From assembly GCA_049970495.1 (NCBI GenBank), contig JBMFMV010000016.1, positions 1 to 31,880 on the forward strand: DNA of 31,880 nt. Direction: 5' to 3'. Shown here piece after piece: positions 10,083 to 18,235 of this stretch (positions are counted from its first letter, which is position 1; each line of letters begins with the position of its first letter). The position numbers and the translations under genes were made by a program. Origin of the DNA: a bacterium. Lineage in GTDB: Bacteria > DUMJ01. The notes beneath the pieces are model-generated. The model saw only the letters and a list, made by a program, of their open reading frames with translations, did not search any database and was not told the DNA's origin.

Positions 10083-11003
10083 CTATCTCATTGAGATCCT
10101 ACAGTCTTCTGCTACACCTCCAAGTAACGTATATGTAGTAGGAGCAGTTTGAAGTATCGAACCAGGAACTAATGTATTTACTGGTCCATAGGCAACTAAT
10201 CTAGCTATAAATCTCTGCCAGGAGATCCCTCCTCCAAGATATCCATCAAGCCAAAAACTCCTATCTTTTGCACCTAGTATCTGTGCTGGTCCTATCGTTG
10301 CCGCCTTAGGAGGTACCCAAGACCAGTCTCCAGAAAAAGAATGAAGAGCATTCTGCATTATCGTCATTGGATGGAGCTCTACTATCCTTGGACCTGCCTT
10401 TTTATAGCTTTCCAAATCATCTCCGAATTCATAACCAAGATGTGCTTCCCAAAAGGCTATATGTCCACACCATCCTATTCCTCCATAACAGACATCTGCA
10501 CCACCAAGATCTTCTATCATCTTCCCATAATCCTTAAGCACATCAGAGGTTGGGAAGTGTATCTGTGTCATAGGGGGTCTTAACTTTTCATCTACTAGTC
10601 CCCAAAAGTTCTCCATCATTGCCCTCTGAAATGACCCTTCCCAACTCATAGGGGCAGTATTTCCATCCTGGTCTGCATACTCATCCATATTAAAAGAATA
10701 GACATGCTTACATGACAATCCCATCTTGTTTATTATCCTAGCTGCTATTGGATACTGAGGCATAGGACCAACTGGGAAGATGACAACAAGTTTTCTACCA
10801 GCCTCTAGAGATTCTTTTATCCTTCTTACTATATCTAATGCAAACTCTAAATAAAACTGTTCAGGCTCTTCTATTATCCTTATCTTAAAATCTGGGTTTG
10901 GATGATTTGGTAATTCTTCTTTTTTTATTGCCCTTACTCGCTCACAAACCTCTTTATCCCTAAATGGCAAAAATGAAGCCAAATCATAATTAAAAGAAGT
11001 CAT
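10083..11003 (-). CDS. Glucosamine-6-phosphate deaminase/isomerase-like protein (NagB fold, divergent)
   Basis: FNMDEY and GGIGWCGHIAFWE match NagB FNMDEY and GGVGNDGHIAFNE, but other active-site positions differ. Confidence 0.75.
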   Translation of the reverse strand: MTSFNYDLASFLPFRDKEVCERVRAIKKEELPNHPNPDFKIRIIEEPEQFYLEFALDIVRRIKESLEAGRKLVVIFPVGPMPQYPIAARIINKMGLSCKHVYSFNMDEYADQDGNTAPMSWEGSFQRAMMENFWGLVDEKLRPPMTQIHFPTSDVLKDYGKMIEDLGGADVCYGGIGWCGHIAFWEAHLGYEFGDDLESYKKAGPRIVELHPMTIMQNALHSFSGDWSWVPPKAATIGPAQILGAKDRSFWLDGYLGGGISWQRFIARLVAYGPVNTLVPGSILQTAPTTYTLLGGVAEDCRISMR

Positions 11004-11022
11004 TTTACAAATCCTCCTTTCT

Positions 11023-11724
11023 TTATGGTAAAAGTCTCTTGGGAACTATTCTTCCCCAAACCTGATACTGTCTAAAACCCTCTGCATATAGAACCCCACA
11101 CTGAACCCCCCTAAACTTTGATAAACTCTTCATAAAGTCCACATAGTCTATATGGTCGTGATCCCTCAACCAAACATATTGGGATTGATGACAGAGGAGC
11201 ATCCTCTCTTTCGTCTCCATCTCTTCAGTAATATCAACATATTCGATAGGTAAAAAATTTACTCCTGCTAATGTATCCATAAAGAAGATAGGCGGAATAA
11301 CATCATGAGGGGGAAATTTAGTCTTAAAATGAGGAAGGGTAGCTGTAAAACTCGCATCTATTATAAGTTTAGAGGTGTTTACATGGTCCACCATATAATC
11401 CTCTGGATAGTGTGTTATAATAACGTCTGGTTTTGTCTGTCTTATAATGTCGACCGCTATTCTCCTAGTTTCATCATTTATAAGAAGTTCCAAATCGGGG
11501 AATTCTCCAGATATAATCTCTGCCTTTATAAGTTCTGCTGATCTTTTAGCTTCTTCCGCTCTTATCCTAGATAATTCTTCAGGTGGGATGGTAAAATGTC
11601 CTTTGTCCCCCTTGCACATATGAGCCATAATTACCGTATGGCCCTGTTTCCTATACTTTGCTAAAGTCCCTGCACACAAAAGTTCTAGATCATCTGGATG
11701 AGCTCCAACTGCTAGAATTCTCAT
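11023..11724 (-). CDS. PIG-L/LmbE family Zn-dependent N-deacetylase
   Basis: AHPDD, R..EA, PDVIITH, xxDH, HQSQ and YAEGF motifs. Confidence 0.9.
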   Translation of the reverse strand: MRILAVGAHPDDLELLCAGTLAKYRKQGHTVIMAHMCKGDKGHFTIPPEELSRIRAEEAKRSAELIKAEIISGEFPDLELLINDETRRIAVDIIRQTKPDVIITHYPEDYMVDHVNTSKLIIDASFTATLPHFKTKFPPHDVIPPIFFMDTLAGVNFLPIEYVDITEEMETKERMLLCHQSQYVWLRDHDHIDYVDFMKSLSKFRGVQCGVLYAEGFRQYQVWGRIVPKRLLP

Positions 11725-11794
11725 ATTTTATCACCTACCTTATTCGATTCCTTTGATACCTAAAATTATAATACTACATATATCTCTTTGTCTA

Positions 11795-11803
11795 TGCTAT
11801 AAT
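11795..11803 (+). promoter_or_regulatory. Extended -10 promoter of the MATE gene, in the divergent intergenic region
   Basis: TGcTATAAT about 40 nt upstream of the start. A back-to-back TATAAT on the minus strand (11765-11770) could drive the deacetylase operon. Confidence 0.6.
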
Positions 11804-11841
11804 AAGCTATTGAAATTGCCGCAATAAAAAGGGGCTAACCA

Positions 11842-13251
11842 TTGGCAGAAGAAACTAGCCTTTTAGTAAATAAAAAGGACGCTTCACTTACTAATATAAA
11901 ACCAGTAGATGAGGTATTAAAGAAGAATATACTTAGGTTAGCAATTCCTGCTACCTTAGAACAGATACTTATTATGGTGGTGGGAGTAGTCTCTACAATA
12001 TTTATGGGGAGGATTGGGAAAGAAGCTCTCTCTGCTGTAGGACTTATCAATATACTTACAAATTTTATACTAGCTCTATTTACAGCTCTATCTACTGGAA
12101 GTACAGTCTTAGTAGCAAGATTAATAGGGGAGAGGAATCTAAAAGGAGCTAAAGAGGCTGTCAGACAATCTTTAATTATAGCAGTTTTATCTTCTCTATT
12201 TATAACAATCCTCTGTTATTTAGCAGCAGACAAAATAATAGGAATCCTTTTCTCTCAGGCAGAAAAAGAAGTCATTAAACTGGCTTTAGTGTATTTTAGA
12301 ATAACTCTTTATTCCTTCCCCTTTTTATTAGCTAACACTATAATAAGTGGGGTCCTCAGAGGAGCAGGGGATACTAAGACTCCAATGAAGGTTGCCTATA
12401 TTGTCAATATTATCAATATTATTCTAAGTTTCATCTTAATATTTGGAATAAATACACACATTATATCCATAAAACCCCTAGGGCTTGTAGGGGCCGCAGC
12501 CTCAGTATCTATAGCTAGAACTATTGGAGGGATAGTTATACTCATAATATTATTCAGAAACAGAGTTATCCCTATAGAATTTGAAAGAATACTCTCTTTT
12601 GACTTCCATATTATAAAGAGGATGCTAAGAGTGGGTATCCCCGCTGCACTTGAGCAATTTATTATGCAGGGAGGATTTTTACTCCTTCAGGTAATAATAT
12701 CTGGGATGGGAACAGTAGCCATAGCAGTATATCAGATAGGGATGTCAATCAATTCTATCTCCTTTATGCCTGTATGGGGATTTTCTATGGCAGCTACAAC
12801 TCTAGTAGGCCAAAGTCTTGGGGCAGCAAGACCTGATCTTGCAGAGGCATATGTCAAAAGGATATTAAAGATGAGTCTAATCCTTATATGTATCCTAGGG
12901 AGTTTAAGTTTCAGCTTTTCAAGACAGTTAGTATTAATATATTCATCAGATTCTGAGATATTAAAGATTGGAAACTTTGCAATTAAGATATTATCTCTTT
13001 CTCTTCCATTTCTATGCCTTGTATCGGTAATCTCTTCCTCCCTTAGGGGGGCTGGTGATATATTATATGTAACTATAACTACTTTTATAGGTATCTGGTG
13101 TTTTCGCCTTACCCTAGCTATTCTTTTAGACAGGCTCTTTAATCTGAATATATATGGGGTATGGATAGCGGTATGTATAGACTTTGCTACAAGAGGTTTA
13201 TTCTATCTGGCTAGATTTAGAAGAGGTAGATGGAAGAGTGCAGTAGTTTAA
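11842..13251 (+). CDS. MATE family efflux transporter
   Basis: About 12 TM segments with internal duplication; LRGAGDTKTPM, RVGIPAALEQ and TTLVGQSLGA motifs. Confidence 0.92.
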   Translation: MAEETSLLVNKKDASLTNIKPVDEVLKKNILRLAIPATLEQILIMVVGVVSTIFMGRIGKEALSAVGLINILTNFILALFTALSTGSTVLVARLIGERNLKGAKEAVRQSLIIAVLSSLFITILCYLAADKIIGILFSQAEKEVIKLALVYFRITLYSFPFLLANTIISGVLRGAGDTKTPMKVAYIVNIINIILSFILIFGINTHIISIKPLGLVGAAASVSIARTIGGIVILIILFRNRVIPIEFERILSFDFHIIKRMLRVGIPAALEQFIMQGGFLLLQVIISGMGTVAIAVYQIGMSINSISFMPVWGFSMAATTLVGQSLGAARPDLAEAYVKRILKMSLILICILGSLSFSFSRQLVLIYSSDSEILKIGNFAIKILSLSLPFLCLVSVISSSLRGAGDILYVTITTFIGIWCFRLTLAILLDRLFNLNIYGVWIAVCIDFATRGLFYLARFRRGRWKSAVV

Positions 13252-13254
13252 AAA

Positions 13255-13893
13255 TTAATCCCACCTTACAGACTTTATATCTTTCAGATTTTGTATCTCG
13301 TTCAACATAGATGAAGGTTCAAACTTTTCTGGAGAGGCAACCTGCAGAGTTATGTCTGCAACATCATCTCCTATCTGAAGTTTTATATCTACTATATCTA
13401 CATTATAAGAACCAAGGATTTTACCTATATCTCCAATAAGCCCAGGTCTATTCTGAGCTCTTATATTAAGAACCTTTCCTCTCCCATGTCCAAGTACTTT
13501 ACCCTCTACAGATTTTAGAAAGACTAATATTACATAAACAGCTAACGTAGAGATAATCGCAGGGAAATATTTCCCAGCTCCTATAGCTACACCAACTCCC
13601 CCCATAAACCACATACTTACCGCAGTAGTAATACCTCTTACTATATGTTGCCCTTCTCTAAAGACCACTATACCACCCAATACTCCCAAACTAGAAACAA
13701 TCTGTGCTGCAATTCTACCAGGGTCTGAACCAGGCAGAGTAGTGGATACTATGGTGATAAGCGTAGCTCCAAGACAAACAATAATATAAGTCCTTAGCCC
13801 AGCTGGTTTATTAACTGTTTCTCTCTCCCAACCTATTATTCCTCCAAGAAGGATAGCTAGTATAAACTTCAAGATGACCTCTATATAATCCAA
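13255..13893 (-). CDS. MgtC/SapB family membrane protein with C-terminal ACT domain
   Basis: IGWERE..NKPAGLRT, DPGRIAAQIVS and GITTA motifs; C-terminal NRPGLIGDIGKILG ACT motif. Confidence 0.9.
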   Translation of the reverse strand: MDYIEVILKFILAILLGGIIGWERETVNKPAGLRTYIIVCLGATLITIVSTTLPGSDPGRIAAQIVSSLGVLGGIVVFREGQHIVRGITTAVSMWFMGGVGVAIGAGKYFPAIISTLAVYVILVFLKSVEGKVLGHGRGKVLNIRAQNRPGLIGDIGKILGSYNVDIVDIKLQIGDDVADITLQVASPEKFEPSSMLNEIQNLKDIKSVRWD

Positions 13894-13950
13894 AAACCTA
13901 TCACCTCCTTATTAACTATTATCTTAATTTAGATATTTTTAGGTAAATCA

Positions 13951-13979
13951 AATTTAGCATAATTCTAACTGATATTCAA
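13951..13979 (-). promoter_or_regulatory. Putative promoter of the mgtC-like gene
   Basis: TTGAAT, 17 nt, TAAATT with TGn extension. Confidence 0.55.
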
Positions 13980-14001
13980 GATAAAAATGTCTCTTAAACT
14001 G

Positions 14002-14030
14002 TTGTATTTTTAGTATCTTTATTATATAAT
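14002..14030 (+). promoter_or_regulatory. Putative promoter of the fasciclin gene
   Basis: TTGTAT, 17 nt, TATAAT. Confidence 0.65.
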
Positions 14031-14062
14031 TTAGTAAAAAGTTTAGAGGGGAGGGATTTTAA

Positions 14063-14608
14063 ATGAATAGATTTTTTAAGATGTTTGGAATTATTCTGAT
14101 AGTGTCTTTAGCTTTCTCTCTAGTCCTCAACAGCGCATCTGCCCAGAATAAAAATGTCCTTGACACATTAAAGGGGCAGAAGAATTGTTCTATATTCCTA
14201 AAAGCTGTTGAGATAGCGGAACTTACCGATACTCTAACTGGTGAAGGACCGATTACCGTCTTAGTTCCAACCGACGATGTAGCAAAAGATTTAAAATCTG
14301 CTATAGATGAAGGAGATAAAGATAAGGTCTATAGTATTGTAAGCTGCCACATAATTTCAACAGAGGAACTTTCTGCTAATAACTTAGTAGAAAATGGAGA
14401 AGTCTATACTGATGGAGGAACTATTAGCGTTAAAAAGGAGGGTAAGGACATCATAATCAATGATACAATAAAGATTACAAAAGCAGACATAAAGGCAAGT
14501 AACGGAATAATCCATCTAATAAATGGAGTGATTATGCCATCTGAAGAGGTGTTCGGAGAAGAGTTATTTGAGGAAGAAACTACTGAGGAGGAAGAAAGTA
14601 GCGACTAG
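14063..14608 (+). CDS. Secreted fasciclin (FAS1) domain protein with acidic tail
   Basis: Signal peptide (ASA); H1 motif GPITVLVPTD; H2 motif ADIKASNGIIHLINGVIMP. Confidence 0.85.
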   Translation: MNRFFKMFGIILIVSLAFSLVLNSASAQNKNVLDTLKGQKNCSIFLKAVEIAELTDTLTGEGPITVLVPTDDVAKDLKSAIDEGDKDKVYSIVSCHIISTEELSANNLVENGEVYTDGGTISVKKEGKDIIINDTIKITKADIKASNGIIHLINGVIMPSEEVFGEELFEEETTEEEESSD

Positions 14609-14618
14609 AAGAAGTCAT

Positions 14619-14656
14619 AAAAAGGGGATGTGTAATATGCATCCCCTTTTATTTTT
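14619..14656 (+). terminator. Intrinsic terminator, potentially bidirectional
   Basis: AAAAGGGGATGTGT-AAT-ATGCATCCCCTTTT followed by ATTTTT. Confidence 0.88.
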
Positions 14657-14715
14657 CTCTGTAATCACCTTATACAAAAAGGTAAAAGATTCTTTCTGCG
14701 ATTAGCAATTTTCAG

Positions 14716-14744
14716 TTGACAGATATATAGATAAGGTATATAAT
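14716..14744 (+). promoter_or_regulatory. Perfect-consensus sigma70 promoter of the cold-shock gene
   Basis: TTGACA (14716-14721), 17 nt, TATAAT (14739-14744). Confidence 0.9.
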
Positions 14745-14793
14745 GTTTCTTGGATGATGAGTCCAGTTTTAAAATTTTTAGGAGGTATTTGTA

Positions 14794-14997
14794 ATGGTAA
14801 CAGGTAAAGTTAAGTGGTTTAACGCACAGAAAGGGTATGGATTTATTACCCGAGATGATGGTGGCGATGTATTTGTCCACTACTCAGCTATTAAAGGTCA
14901 AGGCTATAGAACCTTAGAAGAGGGACAGAAGGTTGAGTTTGATGTTGTCCAGGGAGAAAAGGGGCCACAAGCAGCAAATGTAACTGTCTTAAGGTAG
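14794..14997 (+). CDS. csp: Cold-shock protein (CspA family)
   Basis: GKVKWFN, KGYGFI (RNP1), DVFVHYSAI (RNP2) and GPQAANV; AGGAGG SD. Confidence 0.97.
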   Translation: MVTGKVKWFNAQKGYGFITRDDGGDVFVHYSAIKGQGYRTLEEGQKVEFDVVQGEKGPQAANVTVLR

Positions 14998-15015
14998 CTT
15001 AACCTGGAAAAGAAT

Positions 15016-15049
15016 AGGCCCTGGGTATATCCCAGGGCCTTAAATTTTT
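15016..15049 (+). terminator. Intrinsic terminator after csp
   Basis: Perfect 10-bp stem AGGCCCTGGG-TATAT-CCCAGGGCCT, then TAAATTTTT. Confidence 0.82.
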
Positions 15050-15069
15050 ATGGTATAAACCTTGTAAAC

Positions 15070-15098
15070 TTGACTATAAGAGTTTTATCTATTAATAT
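15070..15098 (+). promoter_or_regulatory. Putative promoter of the nuoE/nuoF-like pair
   Basis: TTGACT, 17 nt, TAATAT. Confidence 0.55.
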
Positions 15099-15135
15099 AG
15101 ACTAGAAAATAAATTCTTGATTTAGGAGGCGTAGA

Positions 15136-15603
15136 ATGAATATAGAAGAGGTACTATTAAAATACGAACCAAGAAGGGAAAATATTCTTCTAATCCTTCA
15201 TGAATTACAAAATTCAAAGCCAAATCAATTCCTCTCTAAAGAAGACATAGAGGGTGTAGCAAGGTATTTAGGGCTACCCATAAGTAAGGTGTACGAAACT
15301 GCTACATTTTATGGACTTTTCAGTACAAAACCAAGAGGTAAGTATATAGTGAGGGTATGCGCATCTACTCCCTGTCACGTTGAAGGGGCTGAGGAGATCA
15401 TAAAAACTCTTGAAGAAACATTAGGAATAAAACTAGGAGAAACTACCGAAGATGGGCTATTTACTCTAGAAGAAGTTAGTTGTTTAGGTATCTGCGGGGT
15501 CGCTCCTGCAATGATGATAAATGAGGAGGCTTTTGGAAATCTTACATCAGAAAGGGCAATTGAGATTATAAATTCATTTAGAGAAAGAGAGGGAGAAAGA
15601 TGA
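15136..15603 (+). CDS. NuoE/HydC-like [2Fe-2S] subunit
   Basis: ATFY..F...PRGKY and CASTPC...CLGIC, with all four ligands present. Confidence 0.92.
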   Translation: MNIEEVLLKYEPRRENILLILHELQNSKPNQFLSKEDIEGVARYLGLPISKVYETATFYGLFSTKPRGKYIVRVCASTPCHVEGAEEIIKTLEETLGIKLGETTEDGLFTLEEVSCLGICGVAPAMMINEEAFGNLTSERAIEIINSFREREGER

Positions 15604-17231
15604 TAGTAAGAAGCCACATTCTTATAGGGATAGATGCTTCTTCTATCCTTGCCGGCGCTAGGGAAGTAATGCAGGCATTAATAAAAGAGATAGAAAAAAG
15701 GGGACTTCAGGAGGAAATAAAGGTATTAGAAACGGGTTCTTTAGGGAGTAGTAACGACGGTGTAGTAATGGTGGTCTATCCTGAAGGGATATATTATAGG
15801 AATGTTAAGGTTGAAGATGTGCCTGTAATAGTAGAAGAACATCTACTTAAAGGACGGCCAGTGAGAAGACTTATGACTCAAACGGTAACTCCTGGAATAG
15901 TTACTAAAGAGCCTACAAAATTTGACTTATCTAAGCAGCCTCGTATAGTACTAAAAAATGTCGGGCTTATTAATCCAGAATCTATAGAAGAATATATTGC
16001 TGTTGGAGGATATGAAGCTCTAGGCAAAGCTCTTCTAGAGATGAATCCTCAAGATGTAATACAGGAGATAAAGAATTCTGGATTAAGAGGGAGAGGAGGG
16101 GCCGGATTTCCAACAGGATTAAAGTGGGAATTGGCATTTAAGGCAAAGGGAGCTCCTAAATATATAATATGCAATGCAGACGAAGGGGAGCCTGGGACAT
16201 TTAAAGATAGGCTTATACTTGAAGGCGATCCGCACAAAGTTATTGAGGGAATGGTGATAGCTGGCTATGCCATTGGGGCAACTAAAGGGTATATATATGT
16301 TAGAGGCGAGTATGGATTATCGATAGAAAGACTAGAGAAGGCAATTACTCAGGCTAAAGTGTATGGATTTTTAGGAAATAAAATATTTGGAACAGACTTT
16401 AGCTTTGATCTCTCTATAAAGAAGGGAGCCGGAGCCTATGTATGTGGCGAAGAAACAGCATTGATAGAATCTCTCGAAGGTAAAAGAGGAGAACCTAGAT
16501 TTAAACCTCCATACCCTACAGATGCCGGCTTATGGGGGAAACCTACGGTAATAAATAATGTAGAGACCTTAGCAAATGTACCAAGTATAATACAAAATGG
16601 GGCTAATTGGTTTAGAAGTTTTGGAACAGAAAAGTCCCCTGGAACTAAGGTCTATTCAATATTAGGGCATATAGTAAATGCTGGACTTATAGAGGTACCT
16701 ATGGGAGTTACGCTAAGAGAGATAATCTATGGATATGGCGGAGGTATGAGGTCTGGTAGATTTAAGATAGCACAGGTAGGTGGAACTGCTGGAGCCCTAT
16801 TAGGTGAAGACGCGTTAGATGTTCCGATGGACTTTGACAGTCTCAGACCTTTAAATGCAACTTTAGGCTCTGGATCCATTCTTATAATGGACGACTCTAC
16901 CTGTATAGTTGATGTCCTTAGATCTGTTGTAGCATTCTTTAGGAGAGAATCTTGTGGAAAGTGCACTCCTTGTAGAGTTGGAGGAGAAAAGATCTATAAC
17001 CTTATAAATAACATAGACGGTAGTGAACCCGACATAGTAGATAGGCTAATGGACATGGCGCTTTATATGCAACAAACTAGTTTCTGTGCATTAGGACAAT
17101 CCTATATAATGCCTATAGCATCTGCAATAAAATACTTTAAGGATGAAATTATAGAACACACATATGGAAAATGTAGAACAAACAAGTGTCATGTTAGTAA
17201 AGTAACTGAATTTGCAGAATTGGCAGTTTAA
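15600..17231 (+). CDS. NuoF/HydB-like FMN/NADH-binding diaphorase subunit
   Basis: SGLRGRGGAGFPTGLKW, NADEGEPGTFKDR, GAGAYVCGEE and ESCGKCTPCR...FCALG; ATGA overlap with the nuoE-like gene. Confidence 0.93.
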   Translation: MIVRSHILIGIDASSILAGAREVMQALIKEIEKRGLQEEIKVLETGSLGSSNDGVVMVVYPEGIYYRNVKVEDVPVIVEEHLLKGRPVRRLMTQTVTPGIVTKEPTKFDLSKQPRIVLKNVGLINPESIEEYIAVGGYEALGKALLEMNPQDVIQEIKNSGLRGRGGAGFPTGLKWELAFKAKGAPKYIICNADEGEPGTFKDRLILEGDPHKVIEGMVIAGYAIGATKGYIYVRGEYGLSIERLEKAITQAKVYGFLGNKIFGTDFSFDLSIKKGAGAYVCGEETALIESLEGKRGEPRFKPPYPTDAGLWGKPTVINNVETLANVPSIIQNGANWFRSFGTEKSPGTKVYSILGHIVNAGLIEVPMGVTLREIIYGYGGGMRSGRFKIAQVGGTAGALLGEDALDVPMDFDSLRPLNATLGSGSILIMDDSTCIVDVLRSVVAFFRRESCGKCTPCRVGGEKIYNLINNIDGSEPDIVDRLMDMALYMQQTSFCALGQSYIMPIASAIKYFKDEIIEHTYGKCRTNKCHVSKVTEFAELAV

Positions 17232-18235
17232 CAGATTCTTGGGAGAGGGTCACCTGAGAGCATATCAAGAATCCTTCTCGAACCTAATCTTGTGACTAAG
17301 ACAACTTTGCCAGGATGCTCTCTGGTGACTTTTCCTATTATTTTAGCATCCTTTCCGTAAAAAGAGTTATGCATTATCCCTACAATTAGAGATGCCTTAT
17401 TATCTGGGACTATAGCTACAAGTTTTCCTTCGTTAGCCACATAGAGAGGATCAAGCCCAAGAAGTTCACAGACGCTTTTTACTGAATCCTTTATAGGAAT
17501 TTCTGACTCGTATATCTCTATTCCAACACCAGAGGCTTGTGCTATTTCGTTAAGTGTTGTAGCTAGTCCACCCCTAGTTGGATCTCTAAGCACACTAACG
17601 TCTGATACGTTTTCTATAATTCTTTTTACCAATTTATTAAGAGGGGCAGTATCACTCTCAATATCTACAGAAAAGCTCAAATCTTTTCTTGCACTAAGTA
17701 TAGCTATACCATGGTCTCCTATAGTCCCACTCACAATTACCACTTCACCTGGTTTAGCATTATTTCCCCTTATATCTATCCCATTAGGGATAACTCCTAT
17801 ACCAGAGGTATTTATAAATATCTTATCTGCCTTTCCCTTCTCTACTACTTTTGTATCTCCGGTGATAATCTTTACCCCAGCCTCTTCGGCTGACTCTCTC
17901 ACTGAAATAATAATCTTCTCTAGCTCTTCAATAGTCAAACCTTCTTCTATAATTATCCCAAGACTTATATAGAGAGGTTCTGCCCCGACCATTGCTAAGT
18001 CATTAACTGTTCCATTCACTGCTAACTTACCTATATCTCCGCCTGGGAAAAATATAGGACTTACTACATAGCTATCTGTGGTAAATGCCAAGCGACCATT
18101 AAGCTCAAATACAGCAGAATCATTCATCTGGGAAAGGATTTCATTATTGAGATGTTTTAAAAATACATCTCTTATCAGTTGATGAGTAAGTTTTCCCCCA
18201 CTCCCATAGGGAAGAGTTATCCTTTTCTCACTCAT
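17228..18235 (-). CDS. hypE: [NiFe]-hydrogenase maturation carbamoyl dehydratase HypE
   Basis: GSGG, TTDSYVV, GDTKVV, RDPTRGG, ANEG and the C-terminal LPRIC. Confidence 0.97.
   Translation of the reverse strand: MSEKRITLPYGSGGKLTHQLIRDVFLKHLNNEILSQMNDSAVFELNGRLAFTTDSYVVSPIFFPGGDIGKLAVNGTVNDLAMVGAEPLYISLGIIIEEGLTIEELEKIIISVRESAEEAGVKIITGDTKVVEKGKADKIFINTSGIGVIPNGIDIRGNNAKPGEVVIVSGTIGDHGIAILSARKDLSFSVDIESDTAPLNKLVKRIIENVSDVSVLRDPTRGGLATTLNEIAQASGVGIEIYESEIPIKDSVKSVCELLGLDPLYVANEGKLVAIVPDNKASLIVGIMHNSFYGKDAKIIGKVTREHPGKVVLVTRLGSRRILDMLSGDPLPRIC

Noticed and set aside
13251..13255. Convergent MATE/mgtC ends 3 nt apart as an antisense control system
   Set aside because: There is no functional link or structural signal; it is most simply genome compaction.
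14745..14793. cspA-type long 5' UTR thermosensor
   Set aside because: The consensus promoter implies a UTR of only ~43 nt with one small hairpin (TGGAT/GTCCA) and an unpaired SD.
15062..15079. Possible Rex operator TTGTAAA-cttg-ACTATAA upstream of the nuoE-like gene
   Set aside because: Only the left half-site fits TTGTGAA-N4-TTCACAA; the right half matches 3/7 in AT-rich DNA.
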